Below, piece after piece: positions 31,016 to 41,699 of a stretch of DNA of 64,000 bases. The stretch covers positions 736,001 through 800,000 of the forward strand of contig CAWGJT010000010.1 in the NCBI GenBank assembly GCA_963822965.1, read 5' to 3'. The notes under the pieces were generated by a model that saw nothing but the letters and a program-made list of their open reading frames with translations, was not told the origin of the DNA and did not search any database. This DNA is from an uncultured delta proteobacterium. GTDB taxonomy: Bacteria > Myxococcota_A > UBA9160 > UBA4427. The translations under genes and the position numbers were made by a program. How positions within the stretch are numbered: the stretch's first letter is position 1; each line of letters opens with the position of its first letter.

Positions 31016-32214
31016 TCAGGCGGCCTTCACGATCACCGAAGAGCCGTGACCGAAGAGTCCCTGGTTGGCGGTGATGCCCACGCGGGCGCCTTCGACCTGT
31101 CGCTCGCCCGCCTCGCCGCGGATCTGCCAGGCCAGCTCGCACACCTGGGCGAGCGCCTGGGCGGGCACGGCTTCGCCGAAGCAGCCGAGGCCGCCCGAGG
31201 CGTTCACGGGGATGCGCCCGCCGAGGCGGGTGTCGCCGTTGCGCAGCAGCCGCTCCGCCTCGCCCGGCTTGCACAGGCCGATGTTCTCGTACCAGTCGAG
31301 CTCGAGGGCCGAGGAGAGGTCGTAGACCTCCGCGAGGGAGAGATCCTCGGGCCCGAGCCCCGCCTCCTCGTAGGCGGCGTGGGCGATCGAGTCCCGGAAC
31401 GTGCGATCGGGCGCAGGGATGCCGGCGGCGGAGTCCGTCGAGAAGGCCGGCATGTCGATCACGGTGTCGGGGAAGGTGGGGGTCACCGTCGAGATGGCAG
31501 CGATGCGCGGGGCCTTGGCGGCGCCGTGCCGCTTCGCGAAATCGAGGGACGAGATCACCACCGCGGCGCCGCCGTCGCTGGTGGCGCAGATCTCGAGCAG
31601 GCGCAGCGGGTCGGCCACCATCGCCGACTGCAGCACCTCCTCCTCGGTGAAGATCTTCTTGTAGCGCGCGTTCGGGTTCGAGATGCCGTGGCGGCTGTTC
31701 TTCGACCTTCACGTGGGCGAAGTCCTGCTCGGTGGCGCCGTAGAGGTCCATCCGGCGGCGGGCGTAGAGGCCGAAGTAGGTGGGATTGGTGGCGCCGAGC
31801 AGCCGGAAGCGCAGCCAGTCGGGATCGAGCACCCGCTCGCCCTTGTTGGGGGCCAGGAAGCCCTTGGGCGTCGTGTCGGCGCCCACCACGATGGCGACGT
31901 CGCACATGCCGGCGAGGATGCGCGTGCGCGCAGCCTCGAGGGCCTGGGAGCCCGTCGCGCAGGCCGCGTAGTTGCTGCTGACGGGAATGCCCGTCCAGCC
32001 CATGGCCTTGGCGAAGGTGGCTCCGGCCACGTAGCCGGGGTAGCCGTTGCGCATGGTGTCCCCGCCCGCGACGAACTCGACCTGCTTCCAGTCGAGCCCG
32101 AGCGTCGGCGAGCGCCGCCTTCATGGCGTGAACGCCGTACTCGACGAAGTTCCGGCCCCACTTGCCCCAGGGATGCATTCCCACCCCGAGAATCGCGACC
32201 TCGTTCCTGGACAT
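31016..32214 (-). CDS. SCP-x thiolase-like lipid-transfer protein (Rv1627c-like; frameshifted)
   Basis: GMHPWGKWG, RNGYPGYVAGATF, YAACATGSQ, GADTTPKG, NQGLFGHG. Confidence 0.85.
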
Positions 32215-32290
32215 TGCGTACTCCTTCGACCTCGACTTGCGGTCCTGCTGCTTTCCGGTGCGGCGCTCTGCCGGCACCGCCGCGGGTGGC

Positions 32291-32722
32291 TCAGGCGGCG
32301 ACGGGCTGCCACTTCCACACGACGTACTCGTTCTCGTCGTCCTCGTAGAGGGTGCCGAGGACGAGCTCCATCTCCATGCCGACCTCGAGGCTCTTCGGAT
32401 CGACTCCGTCGGCGAGCTGGCCCATCACCACCATGCGCTCCTCGCCGAGCTCGACGGCCGCCACCGTGTAGGGCTCGAAGGGCTCCGGCGACACGTAGGG
32501 CTCCGGCGGCTTGTAGTGGTTCGTGGTGTACGACCAGAGCTTGCCGGTACGCGACAGGGCCACGTCCTCGAGCTCCGACCCGTCGTAGCCGGGCGCGCAG
32601 CTGACGGCGACGTCCTTGGGGAAGAAGTAGGTGCCGCTCGCGGGATCGCGCCGGCCCAGCAGGCGCGGGGCGTCTTCCAGGGTGAACCAGCCCTCGATGG
32701 CCGGTACGCGCTTCTTGCTCAT
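32291..32722 (-). CDS. DUF35 OB-fold protein (Rv1628c-like), partner of the ltp gene
   Basis: LSRTGKLWSYT, PY.VAAVEL, VGMEMEL. Confidence 0.85.
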   Translation of the reverse strand: MSKKRVPAIEGWFTLEDAPRLLGRRDPASGTYFFPKDVAVSCAPGYDGSELEDVALSRTGKLWSYTTNHYKPPEPYVSPEPFEPYTVAAVELGEERMVVMGQLADGVDPKSLEVGMEMELVLGTLYEDDENEYVVWKWQPVAA

Positions 32723-32770
32723 GTCGGTGCTCCGTAGTCGTTCGATGGCCCGGGAGGAGGCGAAAGTACC

Positions 32771-33829
32771 TCAGACCGGGGGTGGGCTGTAGCCGAAGCT
32801 CTCGGCCGGCAGGGTGCGATCCACGACGCCCGCGCACAGGCGGGCCCGGTGGAAGACCGAGTCGCCGAAGGCGAGATCGAGAGACCACCCCCGCTTCATC
32901 CAGACGTGGACGTCCTGCTCGTAGGTGTACCCGATGGCGCCGTGGACCTGCAGCGACGCGCGACCCGCGGCGAGCGCGGCTTCGCAGGCCGCGAGCTTCG
33001 CCATGGAGACGTCGACGGAGCGGGCGGGCACGTCGCGGGCCACCGAGTGCGCGGCCCGGTAGACGTGCGAGCGCGCGTACTCGAGCTTCACGCGGACGTC
33101 CGCCAGCATGTGCTTGACGGCCTGGAATGACCCGATGGGAACGCCGAACTGCACCCGTTGCCCGGCGTAGTCCGCGGCGAGGGCGATGAGCCGGTCCGCC
33201 ACCCCGAGCGCCTGGGCGGCGCAGCAGAACGCGCCCCGATCGAGGGCTGCGTCCGCGAGCCGCCGGGCCGCCTCGCCCTTCGCGATCGGCGTGGCGTCGC
33301 CCGGGGAGAAGTCCACGCGGAAGAGGCGCTGGGAGCCGTCGTTGGAAGCCTGCGCGTCGGCGCGCACCGACGGCGGCTCGACCGCGTACAGCCTGTCTTC
33401 CCGGGGCAGCAGCAGCAGGTCCGCCACGTGGGCGTCGGCGACGAAGGGGCTCGCCGGGTGTCCCACCGCCAGGATCGCCTCGCCCGCCGCCACCCGCGGC
33501 AGCCACGTCGCCGCGATTTCGGGCTCGGGCAGCGCGCGCAGCAGGCCCGTGCCCACGACCGTGCCGATCACGGGCTCCGCGAGCGCCACCCGCCCCATCT
33601 CTTCGAGCAGCAGCACGAGGTCGGTCTCGTCGAGCCCCAGACCGCCGTGCGCCTCGGGGACGAGCAGGCCGGGAACGCCGATCTCGGCGAGCTGGGTCCA
33701 GAAGGGCCGCGAGCGGCCGGTGTCGGTCTCCCACTGCGCCCGCACCCATTCCGGGGTGCACTCGCCCGAGAGGAAGTCCCGCACGGTGCTCTGCAGCAGC
33801 AGCTGGTCTTCGCTGAAGCCGAACTCCAT
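32771..33829 (-). CDS. fadE32: Acyl-CoA dehydrogenase FadE32-like
   Basis: RVQFGVPIGSFQAVKH, QVHGAIGYTYE; follows fadE31. Confidence 0.75.
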   Translation of the reverse strand: MEFGFSEDQLLLQSTVRDFLSGECTPEWVRAQWETDTGRSRPFWTQLAEIGVPGLLVPEAHGGLGLDETDLVLLLEEMGRVALAEPVIGTVVGTGLLRALPEPEIAATWLPRVAAGEAILAVGHPASPFVADAHVADLLLLPREDRLYAVEPPSVRADAQASNDGSQRLFRVDFSPGDATPIAKGEAARRLADAALDRGAFCCAAQALGVADRLIALAADYAGQRVQFGVPIGSFQAVKHMLADVRVKLEYARSHVYRAAHSVARDVPARSVDVSMAKLAACEAALAAGRASLQVHGAIGYTYEQDVHVWMKRGWSLDLAFGDSVFHRARLCAGVVDRTLPAESFGYSPPPV

Positions 33830-33874
33830 CTCGTCTCCGTCTCCGTTCCGCCCGCCGCGCGACCGGCGGTGCGC

Positions 33875-35044
33875 CTACTTTCGCGGCAGGCCGAGCAGCC
33901 GCTCCGCGATGATGTTGCGCTGGATCTGGTTCGTGCCGGCGTAGATCGGGCCCGAAAGAGCGAATACGTAGCCGTCGAGCCAGCCGTCCACGTCGCCCGC
34001 CGCGGGCGCGGCCGGATCCAGCTCGGCCCGGGGGCCCAGCAGCTCGAGCGCCGCCTCGTGCATCTCGATGTCGAGCTCGGACCAGAAGATCTTGTTGAGG
34101 CTCGCCTCGGCGCCGATCTTGCCGCCGGCCAGCAGTCGCGAGACCGTCTGGTAGGTGTTGAGCGCGTAGGCCTCAGCGTCCATCCAGCAGCGCGCCACGC
34201 GCTCGCGCATCCCCGGCGCCACGGGATCGCCCCGCTCCAGGGTCCTCCGGTACAGCTCCAGCAGCCGCCAGGCGGTGGACTGGAAGCGCGCCGGGCTGCG
34301 CAGCATGAGACCCCGCTCGAAGCCCGCGGTCGCCATCGCGACGTTCCAGCCGGCCCCCTCCTCGCCCAGCAGGTTCTCCGCGGGAACCCGCACGTCGTCG
34401 AAGAAGACCTCGGCGAAGGCGGCCTTGCCGTTGATCTTCTGGATCGGGCGCACCGTGATCCCCGGCAGGTCGAGGGGGGACAGGATGAACGAGAGACCGT
34501 GGTGGCGCGTGGATTCCGGATCGGTGCGGAAGAGGCCGAAGAGCCAGTGCGCGTACGCGCCGCGGGACGCCCACGTCTTCTGGCCGTTGATCACGAAGTC
34601 GTCGCCGTCGCGGATGGCCGTGGCCTGGATGTTGGCCATGTCGCTGCCGGCGTTGGGCTCCGACCAGCCCTGGGCCCAGACCTCTTCGCTCGACGCCATC
34701 TTCGGCAGGAAGCGCGCCTTCTGCTCGGGCGTGCCCACCTCCATGATCGTGGGGCCGAGGAGGAAGATGCCGTTCTGGTTGACCCGCCCCGGCGCGCCGG
34801 CCCGGTAGTACTCCTCCTCGAAGACGAGCCACTCGAGCAGGTCCGAGCCGCGCCCGCCGTACTCCACCGGCCAGGGAACCATCGCGAAGCCCCCCGCGTG
34901 CAGCTTCTTCTCCCACGCCCGGTGCGCCTCGAAGCCCTCGCGCAGGTCGAAGGAGGGCAGGGGCTCGGCGGGCACGTTGGCCTCGAGCCAGGCGCGCGCC
35001 TCCTTGCGGAAGGCCTGCTGCTCGGCGGTGTAGGTGAGGTCCAT
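33875..35044 (-). CDS. fadE31: Acyl-CoA dehydrogenase FadE31-like
   Basis: FEEEYYRAGAPGRVNQNG, WAQGWSEPNAGSD, GPIYAGTNQIQRN. Confidence 0.85.
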   Translation of the reverse strand: MDLTYTAEQQAFRKEARAWLEANVPAEPLPSFDLREGFEAHRAWEKKLHAGGFAMVPWPVEYGGRGSDLLEWLVFEEEYYRAGAPGRVNQNGIFLLGPTIMEVGTPEQKARFLPKMASSEEVWAQGWSEPNAGSDMANIQATAIRDGDDFVINGQKTWASRGAYAHWLFGLFRTDPESTRHHGLSFILSPLDLPGITVRPIQKINGKAAFAEVFFDDVRVPAENLLGEEGAGWNVAMATAGFERGLMLRSPARFQSTAWRLLELYRRTLERGDPVAPGMRERVARCWMDAEAYALNTYQTVSRLLAGGKIGAEASLNKIFWSELDIEMHEAALELLGPRAELDPAAPAAGDVDGWLDGYVFALSGPIYAGTNQIQRNIIAERLLGLPRK

Positions 35045-35046
35045 CT

Positions 35047-35871
35047 TCAGCCCGCCTTCCCGCCGCCGGGCTCGTCCCCCGAGCCGCCACGCGCGGCTCC
35101 GGATGCGCCTGCGGATGCGCCTCCGGAGAAGTCGGCGTCCCGCTTCTCCACGAAGGCGTCGCGCGCCTCCTGGGACTCCGGCGACGTGTAGAGCTCGAGG
35201 GTGAAGCCCTGCTCGAAGCGGTAGCTCTTCTTGACGTCCAGCAGCTCGATGCCGTTGAGCGACCACTTGGCGAGCCGCAGGGCGCGCGGGCTCTTCGAGG
35301 CGATGGTGCGGGCGAGGGCCAGCGCCTCGTCCCGCAGCTTCTCCCGCGGTACCACCGATTCGACGGCGCCCAGGCGCAGGGCCTCCTGGGCGTCGATCGC
35401 TTCGCCGGTGTACAGCATTCGGCGGGTCTTCTGCATTCCCACCAGCCGCATCAGGTGGGTGGCGGCGCCCAGGGCGCCCCGATCGATCTCGGGCAACGCG
35501 AAGGTGGCGTCCTCCGAGCACAGCACGATGTCCGAAGAGCCGGAGATGCCGATGCCGCCGCCGATGCAGTAGCCGTGCACCGCGGAGATGACCGGGACCG
35601 GGCAGTCGTAGATGGCCGCGAAGGTGTCGTAGCAGCCGCGGTTCACGTCGACGATCTTCGTGCCGTCGGCCGCCAGCTCCTTGACGTCGACCCCGGCCTG
35701 GAAGCCGCGGCCTTCGGCTCGCAGCACGAGGCAGTTGACGTCGTCCCGGGCCCCCAGCGCCTTCACGCGCGCCGCGTACTCGTGCCAGCCCTGGCTGCCC
35801 AGGGCGTTCACCGGCGGGTTGTCGAGCACCAGCTCGGCGACGCCGTCCTTCACTTCCTGGTGGAATGCCAT
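35047..35871 (-). CDS. echA20: Enoyl-CoA hydratase EchA20-like
   Basis: PPVNAL, AGVDVKE, LPEIDRGALGAATHL, SYRFEQGFTLEL. Confidence 0.88.
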   Translation of the reverse strand: MAFHQEVKDGVAELVLDNPPVNALGSQGWHEYAARVKALGARDDVNCLVLRAEGRGFQAGVDVKELAADGTKIVDVNRGCYDTFAAIYDCPVPVISAVHGYCIGGGIGISGSSDIVLCSEDATFALPEIDRGALGAATHLMRLVGMQKTRRMLYTGEAIDAQEALRLGAVESVVPREKLRDEALALARTIASKSPRALRLAKWSLNGIELLDVKKSYRFEQGFTLELYTSPESQEARDAFVEKRDADFSGGASAGASGAARGGSGDEPGGGKAG

Positions 35872-35901
35872 TCTCTCCTCCCGCCGCGCGGGCCGGCCGC
35901 G

Positions 35902-36954
35902 CTAGGCGGTCAGGGCCTTCAGGGTGCGCTCGGCGTCTTCCATGATGCGCTCGATCAGCTCCGCGCAGCTCGGACGGTCGTCGATCACGCCGGCCACCGT
36001 GCCGCTGGGCAGATAGCCGTGCACCGGGTCCCCGTCGGTCATCGCCTTCCGGGCCAGCATGGGCGCGTTGGCGGCCATCAGCACCTGGGACCGCGTGAGT
36101 CGCTCGTTCTTCCGCAGGGCGACGGCCGAACGCAGCAGCTCGGCCAGCGAGGCGCCGCTCGACCGGCGGTAGGCGAGGGCGCTCCGGAACGCGTTCCAGA
36201 GCTTTCCGAGCCCCGAGCCGCTCTCGAGCCTGCGGACCAGCTCGTTCACGATCACGCGCTGGGGCATGCCGTCGATCTCGCGGGTGACGATCACGTCGCC
36301 GAGGCCCGCTGTGAGATAGCGTTCCGCGGTGGTGGCCGGCACCGGGCTCTCGCGCGTCATCAGGAAGCGGGTCCCCATGGCGATCCCGCGCGCGCCGAAG
36401 GCCAGGGCGGCCACGAGGCCGCGGCCGTCCCGGAAGCCGCCGGCCGCCACCACCGGCACGTCCACGGCGTCCGCGCACTCGGAGACGAGCAGCGAGGTGG
36501 GGATCGAGCCCGTGTGGCCGCCTCCTTCGCCGCCCTGCACGATGATGACGTCCGCTCCCAGCTGCTGGGCCTTGACGGCGTGCTTGGGGGCACCGCAGGT
36601 GGGCACGCACACGACGCCCGCCTCCTTGAGCTTCGCGATCAGGCCGGCGTCCGGGGCGCGGTTGTATCCGGCGGCGCGCACGCCCGTGCGGACGATGGCG
36701 TCGCTGATGACGTCGGCGCCCGGTGCATCCATCAGGAAGTTCACGCCGAAGGGCTGCGGGGTGAGGGCCTTCACCTTCTCGATCTCCGCCTCCACCGCCT
36801 CGGGCCGCAGGGTGGCCGCCGCCAGGAAGCCGATGGCGCCGGCGTTGCTCACGGCCGCGACCAGCTCGGGCGTCGCCACCCAGCCCATCCCGGTCTGGAT
36901 GATCGGGTAGCGGATGCCCAGCAGGTCGCAGATCTCGGTACGCAGGGCCGACAC
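35902..36954 (-). CDS. ipdC: IpdC-like flavoprotein (nitronate monooxygenase / FabK family)
   Basis: YPIIQTGMGWVA, QGGEGGGHTG, AMGTRFL, MAANAPML; GTG after AGGAG. Confidence 0.85.
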   Translation of the reverse strand: MSALRTEICDLLGIRYPIIQTGMGWVATPELVAAVSNAGAIGFLAAATLRPEAVEAEIEKVKALTPQPFGVNFLMDAPGADVISDAIVRTGVRAAGYNRAPDAGLIAKLKEAGVVCVPTCGAPKHAVKAQQLGADVIIVQGGEGGGHTGSIPTSLLVSECADAVDVPVVAAGGFRDGRGLVAALAFGARGIAMGTRFLMTRESPVPATTAERYLTAGLGDVIVTREIDGMPQRVIVNELVRRLESGSGLGKLWNAFRSALAYRRSSGASLAELLRSAVALRKNERLTRSQVLMAANAPMLARKAMTDGDPVHGYLPSGTVAGVIDDRPSCAELIERIMEDAERTLKALTA

Positions 36955-36974
36955 GGGACTCCTGAGGCTGGCCG

Positions 36975-37032
36975 GGGAATCCTCCGGATTCCCATTGCGG
37001 CGGAGCGTGACCCGAGCCCCGGGTCGCACTCC
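36975..37032. other. Two adjacent inverted repeats in the ipdB-ipdC spacer
   Basis: GGGAATCC-TCC-GGATTCCC (36975-36993) and GGAGCGTGACCCG-N5-CGGGTCGCACTCC (37002-37032). Confidence 0.6.
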
Positions 37033-37084
37033 TGGCTGACGGATTCGTTTGCGGCGCAGGTCGACCCCTCCCGGGGGCGGCCCG

Positions 37085-37866
37085 CTAGCGCACTTCCTTG
37101 TTTGCGAATCCTTCCGGGTCGAGCACCTCCCGGATGATCCGCAGCTCCTCGTCCGAGGGAGCCCGGCTCTCCGGCACGTCGTCCGGGACGACGAGGGAGA
37201 AGCCCGTGCTCTCCACCACCTGGTCCACCGAGACGCCGGGATGCACCGACCGCAGGCGCATGGTGTGCTCCGGGGTCTCGAAGTCGAAGACGCCCAGGTT
37301 CGAGACGACCCGGTGGATGCAGTGGAAGCGGGACGACGCGGGGCCCAGCGCCGCGGCCCGGTCGTACCCGACCCCCGACACCACGTCCACCTTCTCGACG
37401 AACACGCGCGAGTCGTGGTTCGGCACCCAGTAGCTCGTGCGATGGCTGATGGTGTTGCCCGGTGCGCCGCGCATGCCCAGCAGCTGGGCCTTGGGCTTCT
37501 CGTGGGGGCCGATGCACGCGAAGTTCTGGTTGCCGTAGCGGTCGATCTGGCTCGCCACCATCATCACGTGCCGGCGGCCCGACCACAGCAGGTCGAAGAT
37601 GGTCCGGAAGGGGAGCCACGCCTCCACCACGTTCTCGGCGGGCGCCGGCCCCGAGACGGGCGGCACGTTCCGGATCGCCGAGGCGATGCCGTCCGTCATC
37701 AGCAGGTCGGGCTCGAAGGTGAGCTTGGCGAGACGCGCGCCCACTGCCGGCACGGTGCCGAACGAGCTCGCCAGGATCTCGCCGTCGCCGCGGAAGGCCT
37801 CGGCCACCGCCACGGCGCACACCTCCGCGCGGCTGAAGTCGCTCGCCGCTGCGCGGCTGAAGTCGC

Positions 37867-37870
<4 letters not shown>
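37085..37870 (-). CDS. ipdB: Ring-cleaving hydrolase subunit IpdB (CoA-transferase fold)
   Basis: EAFRGDGEI, PDLLMTDG, GRRHVMM, GMRGAPGN, RSVHPGV. Confidence 0.88.
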
Positions 37871-38727
<857 letters not shown>

Positions 38728-38845
38728 CGATCGTCCTCGCGCCGTCCCGACCCGGGCCACGCTTCGAAGCAGGCCGCCAGGGCGCGCGCGCGGCAGCGGA
38801 AGTCGACGGGTCCGGGCTCGGCGGTCCGTCCCGCCGGGGTCGCAT

Positions 38846-38874
38846 ATCGTAACGGTACGTATCGTTTCTGTAAA
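38846..38874 (-). promoter_or_regulatory. Sigma70-like promoter of the ipdA operon (TTTACA-N17-TACGAT) overlapped by operator-like TCGTAAC-N5-GTATCGT (38847-38865)
   Basis: Near-consensus -35/-10 with 17-bp spacer in an AT-rich patch; motif shared with the sites at 8844 and 11240. Confidence 0.7.
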
Positions 38875-38936
38875 CGCGCCGGCCGGCCCGCCCGCGGACG
38901 GGGGCCTCTCGCGCGGCCGCACGATATACCCCTGCC

Positions 38937-40367
38937 ATGGGCGGTCAGCGGTGGTGGGAAGCGGGAATCGGGCCCTTGCGTGCGCGCCGCCTCGGCCTGG
39001 CGCTGCTGGTGGTGGCCGGGATCGTACACGGGGGCCTGTTCGTCGCCGGGCTCTTCGATTCGGGGGCGAGCCTGCGCTTCGATCGGACGGGCCAGCGCAT
39101 GGGCTCGGTCCGGCGGCTGCTCGACCCCGAAGGCGCGACCCGCTGGCAGGTGCTCCGGACGCGGGGCGTCCCCGGCGACTACGGTTGGCACGCCCTGGCC
39201 CTCGCGGCGACCGGCGGCGCGGTGCCGGGGGTCGTGCTGCTGCAGCTCGTGCTGGCCGGCCTCGCCGTCTACGGCGTCTACCGCATCGGGGTCGGCCTCG
39301 ACGGTCGGCCCGAGGTCGCGCTCCTCGCGGCTGGGCTCTACGCGGTCATCCCCATCGATCTCGCGATTCCCCACTTCGTGGCATCGGAGTCCTTCTGCAA
39401 TCCGCTCCTCGTGTTCGGGTTCGCGGCGTTGGTCCGCTACGCGACCGGCCGCCCGACCCTGGCCGCGATGGCGGGCGCCGGGACGGCGTTCGGTCTGGCG
39501 GCGCTGACGCGCACCGAGAGCCTTCCGTGGCTGTTCGTGATGACCGGCTTCGCCACGGCGATCGCCCTGCGTCGGGTGCCGGCTCGCGCGGGCCTGCACG
39601 TGGGGGTGCTGGTGCTCCTCACCTTCGGCGGGGTGGCGGTGTGGCTGGCCGCCGCCCCCTCGTATCCCGTGGATCTGGATCATGCCTCCGTGAGTCTCTC
39701 GTGGGAGCTCGCCAACCGGGCGAGCCGCGTGATCGTCGCGGCCGGCGGGGAGACCCGGGACGTCGCGTCGGCGCCGCTGCTCTCCTTCGTGAAGGCGGCG
39801 GTCCACCACCCGCTGGCGTTCCTGCGGGAGTTCGGGCTGCAGGCCGGCAAGCTGCTGGCGCTTCCCGACAACCTCGACACGTTCCGCTTCCTGGGCCTCT
39901 ACGAGTACACCGGCAAGCGGTCGGACTGGGTGCACGAGCTGGGCCTGCTGGGCGCGGCGCGGCGGGTCTTCCGCGAGATGCCCTGGCTCGCCAGCTGGCT
40001 CGTCGCGAGCATCGGGCTGTGGCTCGGCGTCCTGGCCTGCTCGCTGCGGGGCGCCGTGCGGGCGCTGCGAGGCAGCGCCGGCGTCCCCCGGCTCGTGTGG
40101 TGGCTGCTGCTCTCGCTGCCCGTGGTGTGGACCTTCCTGCGCGTGCTCACCCAGGGCGAATCGCGCAAGCGCTCCCCGGTGGACTTCGCCATCGCGCTGC
40201 TCGCGGCGCTCGGGGCGATGGGCGTCGGACCCATGGCGGCGGAGGCGCGAGCCCCTACCATCCCGCGCTCCGCGGAGCCCCACAGCGGACCCGTTCCCCG
40301 GCCGAATGGCCGCCCGTCCGGTCGTCCGGTCGCGAGCCCGGCCGTCCCCGAGACCCCGTGCCCGTAG
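38937..40367 (+). CDS. Polytopic membrane protein, ArnT/PMT-like (GT-C) glycosyltransferase candidate
   Basis: Many TM segments; FVASES, GLAALTRTE (PMT_2-like pattern). Confidence 0.55.
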   Translation: MGGQRWWEAGIGPLRARRLGLALLVVAGIVHGGLFVAGLFDSGASLRFDRTGQRMGSVRRLLDPEGATRWQVLRTRGVPGDYGWHALALAATGGAVPGVVLLQLVLAGLAVYGVYRIGVGLDGRPEVALLAAGLYAVIPIDLAIPHFVASESFCNPLLVFGFAALVRYATGRPTLAAMAGAGTAFGLAALTRTESLPWLFVMTGFATAIALRRVPARAGLHVGVLVLLTFGGVAVWLAAAPSYPVDLDHASVSLSWELANRASRVIVAAGGETRDVASAPLLSFVKAAVHHPLAFLREFGLQAGKLLALPDNLDTFRFLGLYEYTGKRSDWVHELGLLGAARRVFREMPWLASWLVASIGLWLGVLACSLRGAVRALRGSAGVPRLVWWLLLSLPVVWTFLRVLTQGESRKRSPVDFAIALLAALGAMGVGPMAAEARAPTIPRSAEPHSGPVPRPNGRPSGRPVASPAVPETPCP

Positions 40368-41614
40368 CGCGTCATCCCACCCTGCGCGTCCTGTCGAACC
40401 GGGACGCGCGGAACTTCGTGAGCGCCCGGCTCTTCTCGAGCTTCGGCCGCTCGCTTCTGCACGCCACCCTGCACTGGCACCTGTGGAAGGCCACGGACTC
40501 GGTCTTCAACCTGGGCCTGCTCGGCCTCATCGAGTTCCTGCCCGTGATCCCGGTGTCGCTGGTCGCGGGGGCGATTGCGGACAGCCGCGACCGCCGCCGC
40601 ATCGTGATCCTCGCGCAGGCCGCCAGCCTGGCCACCGCGGGGGTGCTCTGCTTCGGCAGCCTGCAGCCCGTCGGGCAGCTGGCGCTGGTGCTGGCGGCGG
40701 CCCTGGCCCTGGCGGTCGCCGCGTGCTTCGAGAATCCGGCCGGGGCCGCGCTGCTGCCCGGGCTCGTGTCCCGCGATCTGTTCCCGGCGGCGACCGTGCT
40801 GAGCGCCAACGTGCGGAACGTCGCGACGGTCTCGGGCCCCGTGGCCATGGGCTTCGTGGTGGCCTGGGGCGGAATCGCCGCCGCCTACGCGGTGACCGTC
40901 GTGCTCCTGGCCACATCCGTCGGCGTGCTCTTCCTCGTCCGTTCGCCGGCCGTCGAGGGGGGCGCCCAGCCCGTCACCTGGCGGGCCATTCGCGAGGGCC
41001 TGTCCTTCGTCGTCCGCCACAAGGTGATCCTGGGATCGCTCAGCCTGGACATGTTCTCGGTGTTCTTCGCCAGCGTGGACGTGCTCCTGCCGGTCTTCGC
41101 GACGGAGATCCTCGGCGTGGGCGAGAAGGGCTACGGCATCCTGAGCGCCTCGACCCAGGTGGGGACGGTGGTGATGTCCGTCGTGTTGCTGGGCGTGCAG
41201 ATGGTCCGACCGGGTCGCGCGCTGGTCGTGTCGATCTTCTTCTTCGGGGCCGCCACCATCGCCTTCGGTCTGACGGGATCGTTCTGGGTGGCGGTGCTCG
41301 CCCTCGTCGCCACGGGCATGGCGGACCAGGTGAGCATGGTGGCTCGCTCGATCATCCTGCAGCTGTCCACCCCCGACGCGCTCCGCGGCCGGGTGAACGC
41401 AGTGAACATGATCTTCATCGGCGCTTCGAACGAGCTGGGGGCCGCCGAGTCGGGCTTCCTCGCGTCCCTCACGAGCGCCACCTTCTCCGTCGTGTTCGGC
41501 GGGCTCGCCTGCCTGGGGGTGCTGGGTGCCGTCACCGCGGGCGTGCCCACCCTGTGGCCCTACCGGCCGGTGGACGCGGAGCTGGAGGCACGCGCGCGCG
41601 AGCCCTCGTCCTGA
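40358..41614 (+). CDS. MFS transporter (EntS/DHA3-like)
   Basis: AGAIADSRDRRRIV motif A, TPDALRGRV, 12 hydrophobic segments. Confidence 0.88.
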   Translation: MPVARHPTLRVLSNRDARNFVSARLFSSFGRSLLHATLHWHLWKATDSVFNLGLLGLIEFLPVIPVSLVAGAIADSRDRRRIVILAQAASLATAGVLCFGSLQPVGQLALVLAAALALAVAACFENPAGAALLPGLVSRDLFPAATVLSANVRNVATVSGPVAMGFVVAWGGIAAAYAVTVVLLATSVGVLFLVRSPAVEGGAQPVTWRAIREGLSFVVRHKVILGSLSLDMFSVFFASVDVLLPVFATEILGVGEKGYGILSASTQVGTVVMSVVLLGVQMVRPGRALVVSIFFFGAATIAFGLTGSFWVAVLALVATGMADQVSMVARSIILQLSTPDALRGRVNAVNMIFIGASNELGAAESGFLASLTSATFSVVFGGLACLGVLGAVTAGVPTLWPYRPVDAELEARAREPSS

Positions 41615-41699
41615 GTCGGACGGGGCGGCTCGTGCTGCCCGGGAATCCGATGGACTCCTGGCCGGGGGCTGCGGTCCGATTCTGCATCGAGGAGGAACG

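Noticed and set aside
33875..36610. 911-aa ORF, and similar N-terminally extended ORFs (25522..26688, 26352..27416, 38579..41614, 53251..54927)
   Set aside because: Off-frame read-through of upstream genes in stop-poor GC-rich DNA; the real genes start at internal RBS-preceded codons
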